A stretch of 34,679 bases of DNA from Chloroflexota bacterium. Lineage in GTDB: Bacteria; Chloroflexota; Dormibacteria; CF-121. Of this stretch, positions 34,050 to 34,679 are shown in pieces; within the stretch, counting starts at the first letter, position 1; every line of letters starts with the position of its first letter. The stretch spans positions 1-34,679 of the forward strand of contig VBEQ01000147.1 in assembly GCA_005881235.1 (NCBI GenBank). The letters are read 5' to 3'. The notes under the pieces are model-generated. The model was given only the letters and a program-made list of their open reading frames with translations. It was not told the DNA's origin and searched no databases. The translations under genes were made by a program, and so were the position numbers.

Positions 34050-34679
34050 GTGACCTACCTCCCCAACGCCGACGCCGAGCGCGCCGAGATGCTCAAAGCG
34101 CTCGAGCTGGAGAGCATCGACGGCCTGTTCACGCACCTCCCCGAGGCACTCAAATTGGATCGCGTCGACCTCCCCGAGCCGCTCTCCGAGGTGGAATTGG
34201 TGCAGTACGTTCGCGAGCTCGGCCGCCTGAACGCGAGGATTTCGCCGGCGAACAGCTTTCTGGGTGCTGGCGCCTCGCGACGCTTCAGTCCGGCGATCGT
34301 CAATCAGGTCATTTCGCGACCGGACTTCTATACGACCTACACGCCCTACCAGGCGGAGGCCAGCCAGGGCACGCTGCAGGCGACCTACGAGTTTCAGAGC
34401 ATGATCACCCTTCTCACCGGACTGGATGTGGCGAACGCCTCCCTGTACGACGGCGCGACGGCGCTGGCGGAAGCAACGGCGATGGCGGTCGCCCACACGA
34501 ACCGCCAGAACGTGGTTGTGGCCGGCGCGCTTCATCCCGAGTACGCGCAGGTGCTCAAGACCTACTCCGAGGCCCAGCAGTACGAGATCCTGCGGGTCGC
34601 GCCCGGGGCCGATGGCCGGGTCGACCTCGCGAAGCTGGAGCAGGCCGTCACCAGCACCACCGCCGCGCTCATCCTGCAG
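34050..34679 (+). CDS. gcvPA: Glycine dehydrogenase subunit 1 (partial, runs off window)
   Basis: Read manually: MTYLPNADAERAEML...FLGAG...YTTYTPYQAEASQGTLQATYEFQSMI..LTGLDVANASLYDGATALAEA. Confidence 0.94.
   Translation, partial: MTYLPNADAERAEMLKALELESIDGLFTHLPEALKLDRVDLPEPLSEVELVQYVRELGRLNARISPANSFLGAGASRRFSPAIVNQVISRPDFYTTYTPYQAEASQGTLQATYEFQSMITLLTGLDVANASLYDGATALAEATAMAVAHTNRQNVVVAGALHPEYAQVLKTYSEAQQYEILRVAPGADGRVDLAKLEQAVTSTTAALILQ

Overview
High-GC bacterial chromosomal segment centred on the replication origin. The core is dnaA-dnaN-recF-DUF721/dciA on the minus strand, divergent from rpmH-rnpA-yidD-yidC-jag, with DnaA-box clusters on both sides of dnaA, a DnaA-trio-like unwinding motif before dnaN, a parAB operon and a parS-like palindrome. 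A UvrD helicase-PD-(D/E)xK nuclease fusion sits where gyrBA usually follows recF. The left part is a cell-envelope cluster: two FemABX genes with a soluble PAS histidine kinase and an OmpR regulator, a multi-PATAN/DUF4388 protein, an Ig+beta-propeller lipoprotein, TetR-MMPL-MFS, and two glycosyltransferases. The right part has an M16 peptidase, lepB, ndk, an NfeD-SPFH-CPBP protease module and gcvT-gcvH-gcvPA. The gcv genes are headed by a truncated, apparently melting-dead sigma70 paralogue, the most unusual element here. Other notable signals are a 36-bp tandem hairpin repeat, a possible three-way-junction RNA leader, many leaderless-type promoters and a probable CTG start. Gene content suggests a monoderm Terrabacteria lineage such as Dormibacterota or a Chloroflexota relative (inference only). 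No rRNA, tRNA, CRISPR array or transposase was seen. All family calls come from manual motif recognition, not database searches.
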